Source: Oscillospiraceae bacterium
GTDB taxonomy: Bacteria; Bacillota; Clostridia; Oscillospirales; Ruminococcaceae
Length of the DNA: 64,000 nucleotides
Direction: 5' to 3'
NCBI GenBank assembly: GCA_045546475.1
Contig: JAZQCT010000054.1
Coordinates: 3,342 to 67,341, forward strand
Part shown: one piece after another, positions 36,192-45,425 of the stretch
Layout: every line of letters starts with the position of its first letter
Position numbering within the stretch: the first letter of the stretch is position 1
The notes under the pieces: generated by a model
Told to the model about the DNA's origin: nothing
The model's input: the letters and a program-made list of their open reading frames with translations, nothing else
The model's database searches: none
Translations under genes and position numbers: made by a program

Positions 36192-37493
36192 ATGCAAATG
36201 TATGATCTGATCCAGAAGACCCGGCGGCGTGAGCCGCTGACCGCTGCACAGATCCGCTGGATCGTTGACAGCTTTACAGCCGGTGAAATTCCGGATTCCA
36301 TGATGTCCGCATGGCTGATGGCAGTCTGCTGTCAGGGACTGACTGCGGCGGAGACCTCCGAGCTCACGCTTGCAATGCGCGATTCCGGCGAGCAGATGCA
36401 GCTTGGCTCCGTGGGCGGTGTGACGGTGGATAAGCACAGCACCGGCGGCATCGGCGATAAGACCACGCTCCTGCTCGCGCCCGTCACCGCTGCCTGCGGC
36501 GGCTTTGTGCCGAAGATGTCCGGCAGGGGACTGGGCTTCACCGGCGGCACGATCGACAAGCTTGAAAGCATTCCGGGCTTCCGCACAGACCTGCCGACGG
36601 AGGAATTTCTGCGCATCACCAAGGAGATCGGCTGCTGCGTCATTGCACAGAGCGGAGGACTTGTGCCGGCGGATAAGAAAATGTATGCCCTGCGCAACCT
36701 CACCGCGACCGTGGACAGCATCCCCCTGATCTGTTCAAGCATCATGAGCAAGAAGCTCGCACTCGGTGCGGACTGCATCCTGCTGGATGTGAAATACGGC
36801 AGCGGCGCATTCATGAAAACGCCGGAGGAAGCGGAGCGGCTTGCCGCCGCCATGGTCGAGGTCGGCAAACGTGCCGGAAAGCAGTGCCGCGCAGTCCTGA
36901 CAGATATGAACGCCCCTCTCGGTGCCAATGTCGGCAATGCGCTGGAGGTACTCGAAGTCATCCGCATCCTGCGCGGCGAGGTGCATAATTCCCTCTCCCG
37001 CCTCTCCCTTACACTTGCCGCCCATATGCTCTCCTTGTCCGGCAGGGGAACGGTCGAGGGGTGCCATGCCATGGCGCAGGAGGCACTGGAATCCGGCAGC
37101 GCGCTGGAGAAATTCCGTCAGATGATCGCCGCCCAGGGCGGTGACGCAGGCATCACGGAGGATCCGTCCCTGCTTCCGCAGGCGGCAGAACAGTACACCG
37201 TATGTGCGGAACAAGCGGGCTTCATTGCCTCCATCCAGAGCGAGGAGGTCGGGCTTGCCTGTCTGGAACTCGGCGCAGGGCGCACCGCCAAGGATGCCCA
37301 GCTGGATTACGGCGCGGGCGTGGAGCTGCACGCCTTTGCCGGCGATGCCGTGCAGGTCGGTCAGCCCCTGTTTACAGTCCATGGCAGAACGCAGGCACTC
37401 TGCCAAAAAGCAGCAGAACGCATTCTCCGCTGCACCGCCATCGCGCCGGAACAGCCCGCCGCCGCGCCGCTGCTGTATAAAGTCATTACCTGA
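36192..37493 (+). CDS. pdp: Pyrimidine-nucleoside (thymidine) phosphorylase
   Basis: VDKHSTGGIGDKTT, KMSGRGLGFTGGTIDKLESIPG, SIMSKK motifs. Confidence 0.92.
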   Translation: MQMYDLIQKTRRREPLTAAQIRWIVDSFTAGEIPDSMMSAWLMAVCCQGLTAAETSELTLAMRDSGEQMQLGSVGGVTVDKHSTGGIGDKTTLLLAPVTAACGGFVPKMSGRGLGFTGGTIDKLESIPGFRTDLPTEEFLRITKEIGCCVIAQSGGLVPADKKMYALRNLTATVDSIPLICSSIMSKKLALGADCILLDVKYGSGAFMKTPEEAERLAAAMVEVGKRAGKQCRAVLTDMNAPLGANVGNALEVLEVIRILRGEVHNSLSRLSLTLAAHMLSLSGRGTVEGCHAMAQEALESGSALEKFRQMIAAQGGDAGITEDPSLLPQAAEQYTVCAEQAGFIASIQSEEVGLACLELGAGRTAKDAQLDYGAGVELHAFAGDAVQVGQPLFTVHGRTQALCQKAAERILRCTAIAPEQPAAAPLLYKVIT

Positions 37494-37514
37494 TCGTTCA
37501 AGGAGGAACCCAAC

Positions 37515-38837
37515 ATGAAAACCAGATTCACTTCTATTCTCACTTCGGCGGCACTTGCCGCCGGGCTTGCAGCTTCCGTATTCCCTGTTTCCGCATCCTA
37601 TCAGAGCGCGGACGAGATCGCCTTTGCACTGCGCGGCATCGAAACGGAGGGCTGCGGCTATCTCGTACAGGATAACCTTGTATATGTCGCACCAAGCGCA
37701 GCCGCCGCTGGCACCAGTGTGCATATCGGCATGTTCATTGAAGCGGAATACGCTGATCTTGCCATCCTGAATGCGGAAATCGTTTCCGATTCCCCCATGG
37801 TCACATTCGATCCGACTACCTACCACAATCCCACAGCCCTGTACTCCACGGAGAAGATGACCTATGTCACAGAAGCCGGTGTGGAATTTTCGACCCGGCT
37901 CCGTCCCTACTGCTTCGGCAAGATCAACAGTGCCGGCGTGTACCAGTCGAACAGCTTCGGTGTGAATGAAAACTTCAACGAGGAGAACACTTCCTTCAAT
38001 GTCATGTGGATGCACAGCTATACGGACAATCTCCTCTCGGCGGAATTTTTCGGCAGCCGTTCGGATGAATACAGCTTCATTGAGCTGGATGTAAACATTG
38101 CCGCCGGAACCCAGCCGGGCGAATACAATCTCCTCTTTGCCTCCGACATTACGGAGGAGGAGCCGTTCGGGCAGAGCTTCGTGACCTCCGATGACAGCAC
38201 GGAGGAAAAGGACATCTACACCGAAATGATTCCCACGCTGAAGGACCTGAAGATCATCGTTCCGCCGTCCGATTACCTTGCCACGGAATATCCGTCCGCC
38301 TACCGCTGGCTGGATGATGCAACCGCCCTGTCCGGCGCGGACTTCTTCACAGAGGATGCCGTGATGTATGTCGGCTCTGCAAACGGCTTCACCGCGCAGA
38401 AGCTTGACCCCTCTCTGCTGGATTCGGCTGTATTCGGTCTGAACATCCAGTACCTGACCGATCCGGAGAATTTCGTCTGCGGCAACATGTTCGAGATGCA
38501 GTACAACGGCAGCCGTTTCTGCACCCTGGATTACTGGACGGATGACTATCTGTTTGCGGATGTATTCAGCGGTGTGCGCGGAGACATCAACGAAGACAGC
38601 ACCGTCAATGCCGCCGATGCCGCCGAGATCCTCGTCTATGCCGCAGAGCGCGGTGCCGGCAAGGAGAACACGCTCAGCCGCCGCACCTATTTCCTCGCGG
38701 ATGTCAACGAAGGCTCGACCACCTGCGGTGAGAATGACGGCACCGCCCTCGATGCCAAGGACGCAGGCGCGATCCTGCAGTATGCCGCCGTATCCGGTAC
38801 GGGCGTGACCCCCGACTGGACGGAGATCGTTGGTTGA
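37515..38837 (+). CDS. Secreted cellulosomal-type protein: cohesin-like N-module plus C-terminal dockerin
   Basis: Signal peptide. Beta-sandwich-like segment (GTSVHIGMFIEAE..FIELDVNIAAGTQPGEYNLLF). Dockerin GDINEDSTVNAADAAEIL..ADVNEG..LDAKDAGAIL. The cohesin call is tentative. Confidence 0.45.
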   Translation: MKTRFTSILTSAALAAGLAASVFPVSASYQSADEIAFALRGIETEGCGYLVQDNLVYVAPSAAAAGTSVHIGMFIEAEYADLAILNAEIVSDSPMVTFDPTTYHNPTALYSTEKMTYVTEAGVEFSTRLRPYCFGKINSAGVYQSNSFGVNENFNEENTSFNVMWMHSYTDNLLSAEFFGSRSDEYSFIELDVNIAAGTQPGEYNLLFASDITEEEPFGQSFVTSDDSTEEKDIYTEMIPTLKDLKIIVPPSDYLATEYPSAYRWLDDATALSGADFFTEDAVMYVGSANGFTAQKLDPSLLDSAVFGLNIQYLTDPENFVCGNMFEMQYNGSRFCTLDYWTDDYLFADVFSGVRGDINEDSTVNAADAAEILVYAAERGAGKENTLSRRTYFLADVNEGSTTCGENDGTALDAKDAGAILQYAAVSGTGVTPDWTEIVG

Positions 38838-38855
38838 TACCCCATGAGAAAAAGT

Positions 38856-38892
38856 AGTCCCCCGAACCGCTTGGTTCGGGGGACTGTTTATC
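38856..38892. terminator. Bidirectional terminator between 37515..38837 and 38896..41307
   Basis: agtcccccgaacc-gctt-ggttcgggggact followed by gtttat. Confidence 0.75.
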
Positions 38893-38895
38893 CTA

Positions 38896-41307
38896 TCAGC
38901 TCTGCTCACTCACCAGGATCTCCGTTCTGCTCTGGATACGGTCTGCCGCTTCCTCGGCGGAGAGGTCGCCGGCAAAGTACATTTCCGCTTCCTCCAGCAC
39001 AATGTTCAGCATGTCCTCATTCATGCTCAGCACCGTGTCACAGGAACGGATGTATTCCTCCAGATCGTCGCGTTCCTTCTGCGTCAGAGGGTAGACCGTG
39101 CCGTCATCCTCAAGAAATTCCTGATCCGAGCGTTCACCGAACCTCATGACATACATCTCATCATCAAGCTTTGTCTCAAACAGCTCCTCGACCACCGGAT
39201 AACCATAGACGTTGATGTCACCATCCCCGGTCAGCATGGCTTTCACAAATTCCCATGCCGTTTCCTTGTCATCGCACGCGGAAGAGATGGCGATCTCACC
39301 TTTGAATGTCAGCTTGCCGCCCTTGCCGTTGTCGGACGGATAGCCCACAAGCGTCATATCTTCGCCGAGGTCGTTGTATCGGGTATAGGAGTACTGCCCG
39401 ACTGCCAGTCCTCTCTCTCCATGAAGCGTAAAGGCACAGAGATAATCCTCGTCACGCTGGTATCTTCTGTACTTTTCACCGTAATACGCATCCACTCTGT
39501 CCCATGAAGCAGGATCGTCCGTTTTGGGAGGCGGACCGGCAGTTTCCGGATAACGGCTGCAAAATTCCAGGATCTTGATAAAATCCGGCGAATCAAAGCT
39601 GCATGTACCGTTCGCAAAATCAATGAAATCCGTGCCATACAGGAGCATTTCAAGGGCTTCTGTCTGGGACATCCACTGGAACTGCTTGTCCGTTGCATCG
39701 GCATAAAGACCGATCATATCATCCACCGTCCAGTTTTCCGTGCCGAAATAGCGGGATTTGACGGCGATCGTTGCCACATTGAACGCCTGAGGCAGGGAGT
39801 AGAGCGCGCCGTTTTCCGACTCCATTGCACTGCGGATGTTCGGGAGTACGGTGTCCTTGTTCACCTCCGCGTCTCCCTCCATCAGCGAATAGAGGTCAGC
39901 GAATGCCCCGCGCTTGCCCAGCTGCATGATGGATTCGTGGCTGTCATACATGATGATAATATCCGGCGCGGCACCGCTGATAATGTCAAGCTTGAAGTTC
40001 TGGAGGGCATCGTTCTTGCCGTTCTCGTCCCCGATATAGCTGCCGTCCGTATTGCGGTAGCGGACGATCTTCACACGGTATTCGTCCTGTGAGCCATTGA
40101 ACTCACGCACGAAATCCGCAATGCCCTCGCCCTCACCGAGCACGCCGAGGGTGATCTCCTTCTTCTCCTGCTGCGTCTCTGAAACTGTCTTGCGGGTCAG
40201 GTGGTACCAGTTGTTGTCGCCATTGTGGAGCGCATAGCCGCGGAAGGTGCCGTCCAGCATGGGGATGATCTCCAGCCTTGAAAGGTCGGAGTCCTCCCAG
40301 TTGACGACCTCCTCCTGGGTGCCGTCATCACGGATGCCGAGCAATGACTTCTGTGTGCTGACAAACAGCCGGTAATCGCCATAGCCGCCGGAATAGACGC
40401 TCGGATCAAAACCGGTATAATACTCCTCCACGATCACGCTGAACGGTTCGGAAACACTGCCCGTTCTGGGGTCAAATTCGCAGAGAGCAAGTCTGCTGGT
40501 CGAACTTCTGTCAGAGGGATCGACACCGCATATAGTCTGGGCATACACCGTCTTACCGTCACGATCATAAATGAATCTGCCGTACTGAACGTGGTCCTCC
40601 CCCTCCATCTCAGGGACATAAGCTTCCTCCGTTGTACCATCCGGCGTGAGTTTCAGGATCCTGCCGTCTATCAGCGTGAGCCAGAACACGCCGTCGCCGG
40701 CAAGAAGCTGTGTGAACTGGTCATAGTCCTGCGACTGGCGGTAATCCTCCAGTCCCTCAATGCTGATTTTCTCCGTCAGGGTGCCGTCCTGCGCATAGGT
40801 GCAAAGGAGGTATTCGCTCTCCCATTCTGCACGGTAGGCTTTCCAGTCATAGTTCTCCATACCTTCCCTGTACGGCTCCATGTCGCTGTGATTCTCCATA
40901 ACTGTCAGGCTGTGGAATCCGGTCTCCCCGATGGTATACAGACCGCCGCAGTAATAATAGCCGTCATGGGCGGCAGGCGGAACGAGCATCCGGTCAGCGG
41001 TGAGCGTGAAATCCGTATCAAATTCATAAAGGTGCGTTACATTGTCATTATCTGCGGCGAACAGCCGGAATCCGTTTTCAATGGGTTGGGGATAGTCATA
41101 GATCCCGACCTCCTCCGGCATGGTGATCTTCTGCCGCTTTGCTGTCGTTGTGAGAGTGTCATTCACAACAGGTGTGATCTCAGCGGTTTCCTGTGTGGCA
41201 ATGGTTTCCTGTGTACTGCCGGGATCGTCCGTTTGTTCCGGCTTTTGGCAGCCGCAGCACAGCAGGCTGAATGCTGTGACAGCGGCAATTATGCGTTTGT
41301 ATTTCAT
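38896..41307 (-). CDS. Large lipoprotein: unknown ~370-aa N-domain fused to an extracellular solute-binding-protein (SBP family 1-like) domain
   Basis: SD aaggaga before ATG 41307. Lipobox CCGC. C-half carries SBP-like motifs (DIISGAAPDIII, GALYSLPQAF, TAWEFVKAML). No ABC permease or ATPase adjacent. Confidence 0.55.
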   Translation of the reverse strand: MKYKRIIAAVTAFSLLCCGCQKPEQTDDPGSTQETIATQETAEITPVVNDTLTTTAKRQKITMPEEVGIYDYPQPIENGFRLFAADNDNVTHLYEFDTDFTLTADRMLVPPAAHDGYYYCGGLYTIGETGFHSLTVMENHSDMEPYREGMENYDWKAYRAEWESEYLLCTYAQDGTLTEKISIEGLEDYRQSQDYDQFTQLLAGDGVFWLTLIDGRILKLTPDGTTEEAYVPEMEGEDHVQYGRFIYDRDGKTVYAQTICGVDPSDRSSTSRLALCEFDPRTGSVSEPFSVIVEEYYTGFDPSVYSGGYGDYRLFVSTQKSLLGIRDDGTQEEVVNWEDSDLSRLEIIPMLDGTFRGYALHNGDNNWYHLTRKTVSETQQEKKEITLGVLGEGEGIADFVREFNGSQDEYRVKIVRYRNTDGSYIGDENGKNDALQNFKLDIISGAAPDIIIMYDSHESIMQLGKRGAFADLYSLMEGDAEVNKDTVLPNIRSAMESENGALYSLPQAFNVATIAVKSRYFGTENWTVDDMIGLYADATDKQFQWMSQTEALEMLLYGTDFIDFANGTCSFDSPDFIKILEFCSRYPETAGPPPKTDDPASWDRVDAYYGEKYRRYQRDEDYLCAFTLHGERGLAVGQYSYTRYNDLGEDMTLVGYPSDNGKGGKLTFKGEIAISSACDDKETAWEFVKAMLTGDGDINVYGYPVVEELFETKLDDEMYVMRFGERSDQEFLEDDGTVYPLTQKERDDLEEYIRSCDTVLSMNEDMLNIVLEEAEMYFAGDLSAEEAADRIQSRTEILVSEQS

Positions 41308-41309
41308 AT

Positions 41310-42047
41310 TCATTTCTCCTTGTTCCATTGTGCATAGGGGTATGATACATCATAGCTCGTCACGAGCCTGCATTCCTCCGGTGCCTCCTCCAGCGCATAG
41401 CACAGCTCCAGTTCCAGTGTATCGCCGGAATGGATGGTGAAGGCGTAGGCAGCAGCCGTATCGCTGAAGCCCGCTGCACAGGGCTGTACTGTTTTCCAGT
41501 TACCGCCGCTTTGCGCAAAGGCAAGCATGAGATTATCCGCAAGAAACATTTCCGGCTGTTCCGGTACATGGGAAACCGCGCCGTCGCTTTCAAGCCGCAC
41601 CCGGATATAATATTCCCCGTCACTGCGCATCCCGGCAGTCATGACCGTCAGCCAGAGTGTGCCGTCCTTCGTCAGATTCTCTGCCGCAAAACGTTCGCCG
41701 ACCGCATGGGCAAGCTGGTTTTCCTCAGCGGACTGCCCGGTGGCATCGGTCTGCTCCGTCGGGGCGGGCATGTGCTGCTTCATGGCAAGGATCCCCGCGA
41801 ACGTTCCGCACATCACAAGCAGGCAGGCGGCCGCCGACAGCGGGCGCGTCCATCTGCGGCGCGGAGCCGGCTGGATGGTGAATGTCTCAGCTTCGGATGC
41901 TTCGCCATACTGCTGCAGTTCTGCCTCGATCCGCCGGAAGATCCTGTCATTCTCCGCTTCGGAAAAGGGCGGGTACTGTTCGCCGATGCGCACAGCCGTG
42001 TCCTCGTCCGGATTCCGGAGCAGTTCCCTTAGTTTCCGATCCTGCAT
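41310..42047 (-). CDS. Putative single-pass anti-sigma factor
   Basis: SD ggagg 8 nt before ATG 42047. Overlaps the end of the sigma gene. Cytoplasmic N-part, one TM (LSAAACLLVMCGTFAGILAM), extracytoplasmic domain. Confidence 0.5.
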   Translation of the reverse strand: MQDRKLRELLRNPDEDTAVRIGEQYPPFSEAENDRIFRRIEAELQQYGEASEAETFTIQPAPRRRWTRPLSAAACLLVMCGTFAGILAMKQHMPAPTEQTDATGQSAEENQLAHAVGERFAAENLTKDGTLWLTVMTAGMRSDGEYYIRVRLESDGAVSHVPEQPEMFLADNLMLAFAQSGGNWKTVQPCAAGFSDTAAAYAFTIHSGDTLELELCYALEEAPEECRLVTSYDVSYPYAQWNKEK

Positions 42048-42052
42048 CTGCC

Positions 42053-42595
42053 CTACCTCCAATCTGCAAGCTCTCTGCGCAGCCGCTTCAATGCGCGGCT
42101 GCAGCGTACCTGCGCTGCATTTGCCGTCAGTCCGACCATTTTGGCAATGTCGGACATTTTTCTGTTGTAGTAATATTTCTGTATCAGAATGGTTGCATCC
42201 GGTTCGCCAAGCTCCTGCACACAGCGCAGGAGCTGTTTTTGCAGTTCCCTGTGTTCCAGCTCCTCCTGCACATGCTGCACCGCCGGTTCCGGTACGCTTT
42301 CCGCCGGAACGGTATTCTGCCGGTGCTTTTGCAGGCTGTGATAATAATTCAATGCCCTGTTCCGCGCTGACTGCCCGATATAGGCTTTGAGCTGTTCGCC
42401 GCGTATGCTGTCGATGTGGGCGATAATGTCCGCAAAGGTCTCCACGAGGCAGTCCTCCGCGTCCTCATGCGTGCCGCATTCCCGCAGAATACGGAAAATA
42501 ATGGCATATACATAATTTGCATAGGTATCATACAGTGCTCTGTGTCCCTGCGCAGGGGAGGTCTCTATGAGTGCCCGCAGCTCACTGTCCGTCAT
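42053..42595 (-). CDS. ECF-type sigma-70 family RNA polymerase sigma factor
   Basis: SD aaaggagg before ATG 42595. Region 2 (..YDTYANYVYAIIFRIL..AEDCLVETF) and region 4 HTH (MSDIAKMVGLTANAAQVRCSRALKRLR). Confidence 0.8.
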   Translation of the reverse strand: MTDSELRALIETSPAQGHRALYDTYANYVYAIIFRILRECGTHEDAEDCLVETFADIIAHIDSIRGEQLKAYIGQSARNRALNYYHSLQKHRQNTVPAESVPEPAVQHVQEELEHRELQKQLLRCVQELGEPDATILIQKYYYNRKMSDIAKMVGLTANAAQVRCSRALKRLRRELADWR

Positions 42596-42734
42596 AAACT
42601 GCCTCCTTTCTGATTTTCTGAAGCTTCTATATAATACAGACAAGAGAAATGAAAAAACCTTACATGTTTTCAAAAAATAGTGATCAAAAAAATCCAGCCC
42701 CCGATGCAGCAGGACATCGGGGGCTGTGGTTTGG

Positions 42735-43856
42735 TCAAATTTCATCATCCGGCGCAGGCAGGACAAGAATTTTCAGCAGCAGGGGATTCGTGATATATCC
42801 GACCTTCCAGCCGTCCGCTTCCTTTACAAGCCGGAAGGACTGGGTACCGATCTGTCCGTTATTGCGGATATGACAGGTATAGGTGATCTGCGTATCCGTG
42901 ACCGTATCCAGCGTCAGATAATAGCCCTCATATTCCGGATTGGAAATACCAGTTCCCCCTGCGAAGTACAGCCCGTCCGCCTTATCGCGGTAAAAATCCG
43001 CAAGGTGGCTGCTGTCCTTGTCCGACGCATAAACATCGTAAAAGTCCTCCTGTACATCCGCCGCAGAGGTGACAGCTCCGTCCGTCACAGGGAACCAGAG
43101 CTTGCCGTCCTCCTCAAAGCTTCTGCCTTCAGTGTTCATATAGTCGGTCCTGTAGGGGCATGTCACAACATAAGCATCCAGGTCGATGGCTGCCTGGAAA
43201 TAATGATAGCCAATGACCAGCAGTGCTTCGGCATCCGTCGTTTCCAGTCCCTGCATCGGGAAATCCGCCCTGTCATAACGCAGATCCGGCAGGGTCGTAT
43301 TCGCCGTGGTGGTCGTTTCCGGTACCGCAGTCGTGAGTGCGGTTGTGGTGGTTCCGGGCTGTGTTTCCGGCGGCATGGTCGGTTCAGACATCGCAGACTC
43401 TTCTGCTTCCGTCTGCGATCCGGTCGTTTCCGTAACGCTTTCCGCCTCTGTCATGGACGTATCAGAAATCGTCTGCGTCACGATGAATGCTTCCGTAATG
43501 CTCTGTGTTTCACTGCTGTCCGCAGTTTCAGTGCTTTGCTTTGTCTCCGTCTGCGTTTCACTTCCGCCAGCGGACTGTTCAGTCCGGACGGTTTCCCGGT
43601 CAGTGGCGACCGGATATTCGATCGGTACCTGTTCTCGCTGCTGCAGGACGGCTGCGCCGCCCACTATCAGGAGCAGACATGCCGCAAGTCCTGCCCAGCG
43701 TACCCAATGTCTGCGCGGCTGAGCAACGCTCACGCCGCTGGCAGTCTCCGCAAAGCCGGATGCCGGCGGTACTGCCAGAAGCTCCTCCATATGTGCAGTG
43801 AAGCTTTCACTGCAGCGGATGGAATCAAACAGATTTTGAAACTCCTTTTCTGTCAT
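42735..43856 (-). CDS. Anti-sigma factor paralog A (N-domain, TM, Thr-rich linker, extracellular domain)
   Basis: ATGA overlap with sigma 43853..44332. MTEKEFQNLFDSIRCSESF.. aligns with 44346..45425 through the TM. C-terminal domain is unrelated to the paralog. Confidence 0.6.
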   Translation of the reverse strand: MTEKEFQNLFDSIRCSESFTAHMEELLAVPPASGFAETASGVSVAQPRRHWVRWAGLAACLLLIVGGAAVLQQREQVPIEYPVATDRETVRTEQSAGGSETQTETKQSTETADSSETQSITEAFIVTQTISDTSMTEAESVTETTGSQTEAEESAMSEPTMPPETQPGTTTTALTTAVPETTTTANTTLPDLRYDRADFPMQGLETTDAEALLVIGYHYFQAAIDLDAYVVTCPYRTDYMNTEGRSFEEDGKLWFPVTDGAVTSAADVQEDFYDVYASDKDSSHLADFYRDKADGLYFAGGTGISNPEYEGYYLTLDTVTDTQITYTCHIRNNGQIGTQSFRLVKEADGWKVGYITNPLLLKILVLPAPDDEI

Positions 43857-44332
43857 ACCTCTCCCTCCAGTTCCAGCCTGAGCTTCTCCCTGCCCCTGCG
43901 GAGCTGGGAGCCGATGGTATTCTCACGTTTTCCAAGTATTGCGGCGATCTCTTTGATAGTATAGCCCTCATAATAATGCAGGTAGAGTACAGCGGCATAC
44001 TGCTCCGGGAGTGCCAGTACCTTCGCCTTCAGTCCGCCGTCCTGATATGCCGGCTCCTCATGGGACGGCTCCGGAATATCGTCAAGCTCCACTCTGCCCT
44101 TCTGCTTCCAGCTTTTGTGGTAGTTTCTGCCACGGTTGACTGCCGCGCGGAGCAGATATGCCTTCATATGTTCCTCATCGCGGAACACCGGCTGGTTCTC
44201 ATGCAGTGCAAGGAACACATCCTGCGTAATATCCTCCGCTTCACTGTAATTCCCCGTACAGCAGTAGGCTGTACGCAGTACCATATCTCCGTATTTCCGG
44301 AATGCGGTCAATGCAATATTTTCCTGTTTCAT
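43853..44332 (-). CDS. ECF-type sigma factor
   Basis: Region 2 (AEDITQDVFLALHE, AYLLRAAVNRGRNY) and region 4 (YTIKEIAAILGKRENTIGSQLRRGREKL). Confidence 0.8.
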   Translation of the reverse strand: MKQENIALTAFRKYGDMVLRTAYCCTGNYSEAEDITQDVFLALHENQPVFRDEEHMKAYLLRAAVNRGRNYHKSWKQKGRVELDDIPEPSHEEPAYQDGGLKAKVLALPEQYAAVLYLHYYEGYTIKEIAAILGKRENTIGSQLRRGREKLRLELEGEV

Positions 44333-44345
44333 GTCGCCACTTCCT

Positions 44346-45425
44346 TTATGACAATTCCAGTGCTGTTCTCAGTTCTTCCAATGTCAGCGTACCGCCGATC
44401 GGCTGGTATTCACCCTTTGCATAGGCGGCGGCTTCTTCCGCGGTGATCTCCACACCGTCCACATAATAGGCAGTGAAGTTCAGCTCATTGTCATACTCGC
44501 CCTCGTCGGGGAAGCCGTTGCCGTTGAGATCATTGAAATTCCATGTCTCGATCACATCCGTGACCTCCAGTGTTTTCTGCGGCGTGATGCTCATATAGGA
44601 GGTATAGCCCAGCAGTCCTGCATAATCATGGTTGTAGTTCTGCAGGCTGTTCTGATACGGCACATACAGATAGCCCGTATTTCCCATCGCACCAAAGGAC
44701 CATCCGTCGATCAGCTCAACAGCATTGCCCGCGTGATAGGTATACAGAAACAGTTGATAGCTTTCCTGGGCACTGACTGCCAGCTCCGGCACAGCGTCCT
44801 CGTCAAAGTAGATCAGGGAGAATCTTGCTTCCCCTGTGAACTCATTTTCCTCAGCAAAGCCATCTGCAAGCTCCCAGTATGCCGCCTGCCATCCCGTGAG
44901 TGCGGGAGCTGCTGTCGTGGTCGTCTCCTCCGTTTCCGTCGCCGGAATGGAGGTCGTGGTAACGGCAGTCGTTGTCTGTGTGGTCGTTGTGGTTGATGCG
45001 GCCGTCTGTGCTGTGGTCGTGGTTCCCGTTTCAATTTCTGTTGCCGGAACCGTTTCAACCGCGGTTTCGAATACTGTCACGACAACGGATTCCGTCTGCA
45101 GACTCGCAGTCGTGGTGCCGGTCGTTTCCTCCGTGTATGCCGTGGTGGTGGACTGTGTTGGTGCGTCCGTTGTAACGGGCGGCTGGTCGGGCATACCGCC
45201 GCGTCCCATCAGGTAAAGCGCACCGCCGCCGATCACAAACAGGAAACATGCCGCAAGTCCGGCATAGCGTACCCAGCGGCTTCGTACCGGTGCAGGCGCA
45301 ACACCGCTGGCAATTTCTGCAAATCCTTCTGTGGGCGGTTCGGAAAGCTTCTCCTCCATCCGCGCCTTGAAGGCTTCACTGCATCTGACGGAATCAAACA
45401 GATCCCGGAATTCCTTTTCAGTCAT
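44346..45425 (-). CDS. Anti-sigma factor paralog B (same N-domain/TM, different extracellular domain)
   Basis: ATGA overlap with 45422..45811. MTEKEFRDLFDSVRCSEAF.. N-domain. TM AGLAACFLFVIGGGAL. Thr-rich linker. Confidence 0.6.
   Translation of the reverse strand: MTEKEFRDLFDSVRCSEAFKARMEEKLSEPPTEGFAEIASGVAPAPVRSRWVRYAGLAACFLFVIGGGALYLMGRGGMPDQPPVTTDAPTQSTTTAYTEETTGTTTASLQTESVVVTVFETAVETVPATEIETGTTTTAQTAASTTTTTQTTTAVTTTSIPATETEETTTTAAPALTGWQAAYWELADGFAEENEFTGEARFSLIYFDEDAVPELAVSAQESYQLFLYTYHAGNAVELIDGWSFGAMGNTGYLYVPYQNSLQNYNHDYAGLLGYTSYMSITPQKTLEVTDVIETWNFNDLNGNGFPDEGEYDNELNFTAYYVDGVEITAEEAAAYAKGEYQPIGGTLTLEELRTALELS

Noticed and set aside
36735-38909. 724-aa ORF antisense to pdp and the dockerin protein. 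Similar long antisense ORFs lie at 22148..24070, 7201..8775, 13786..15063, 955..1932, 26680..27729, 50959..52221 and 58626..60047.
   Set aside because: All lie opposite genes with strong family motifs. All show the typical antisense composition and lack SD or promoter context. I treat them as non-coding.
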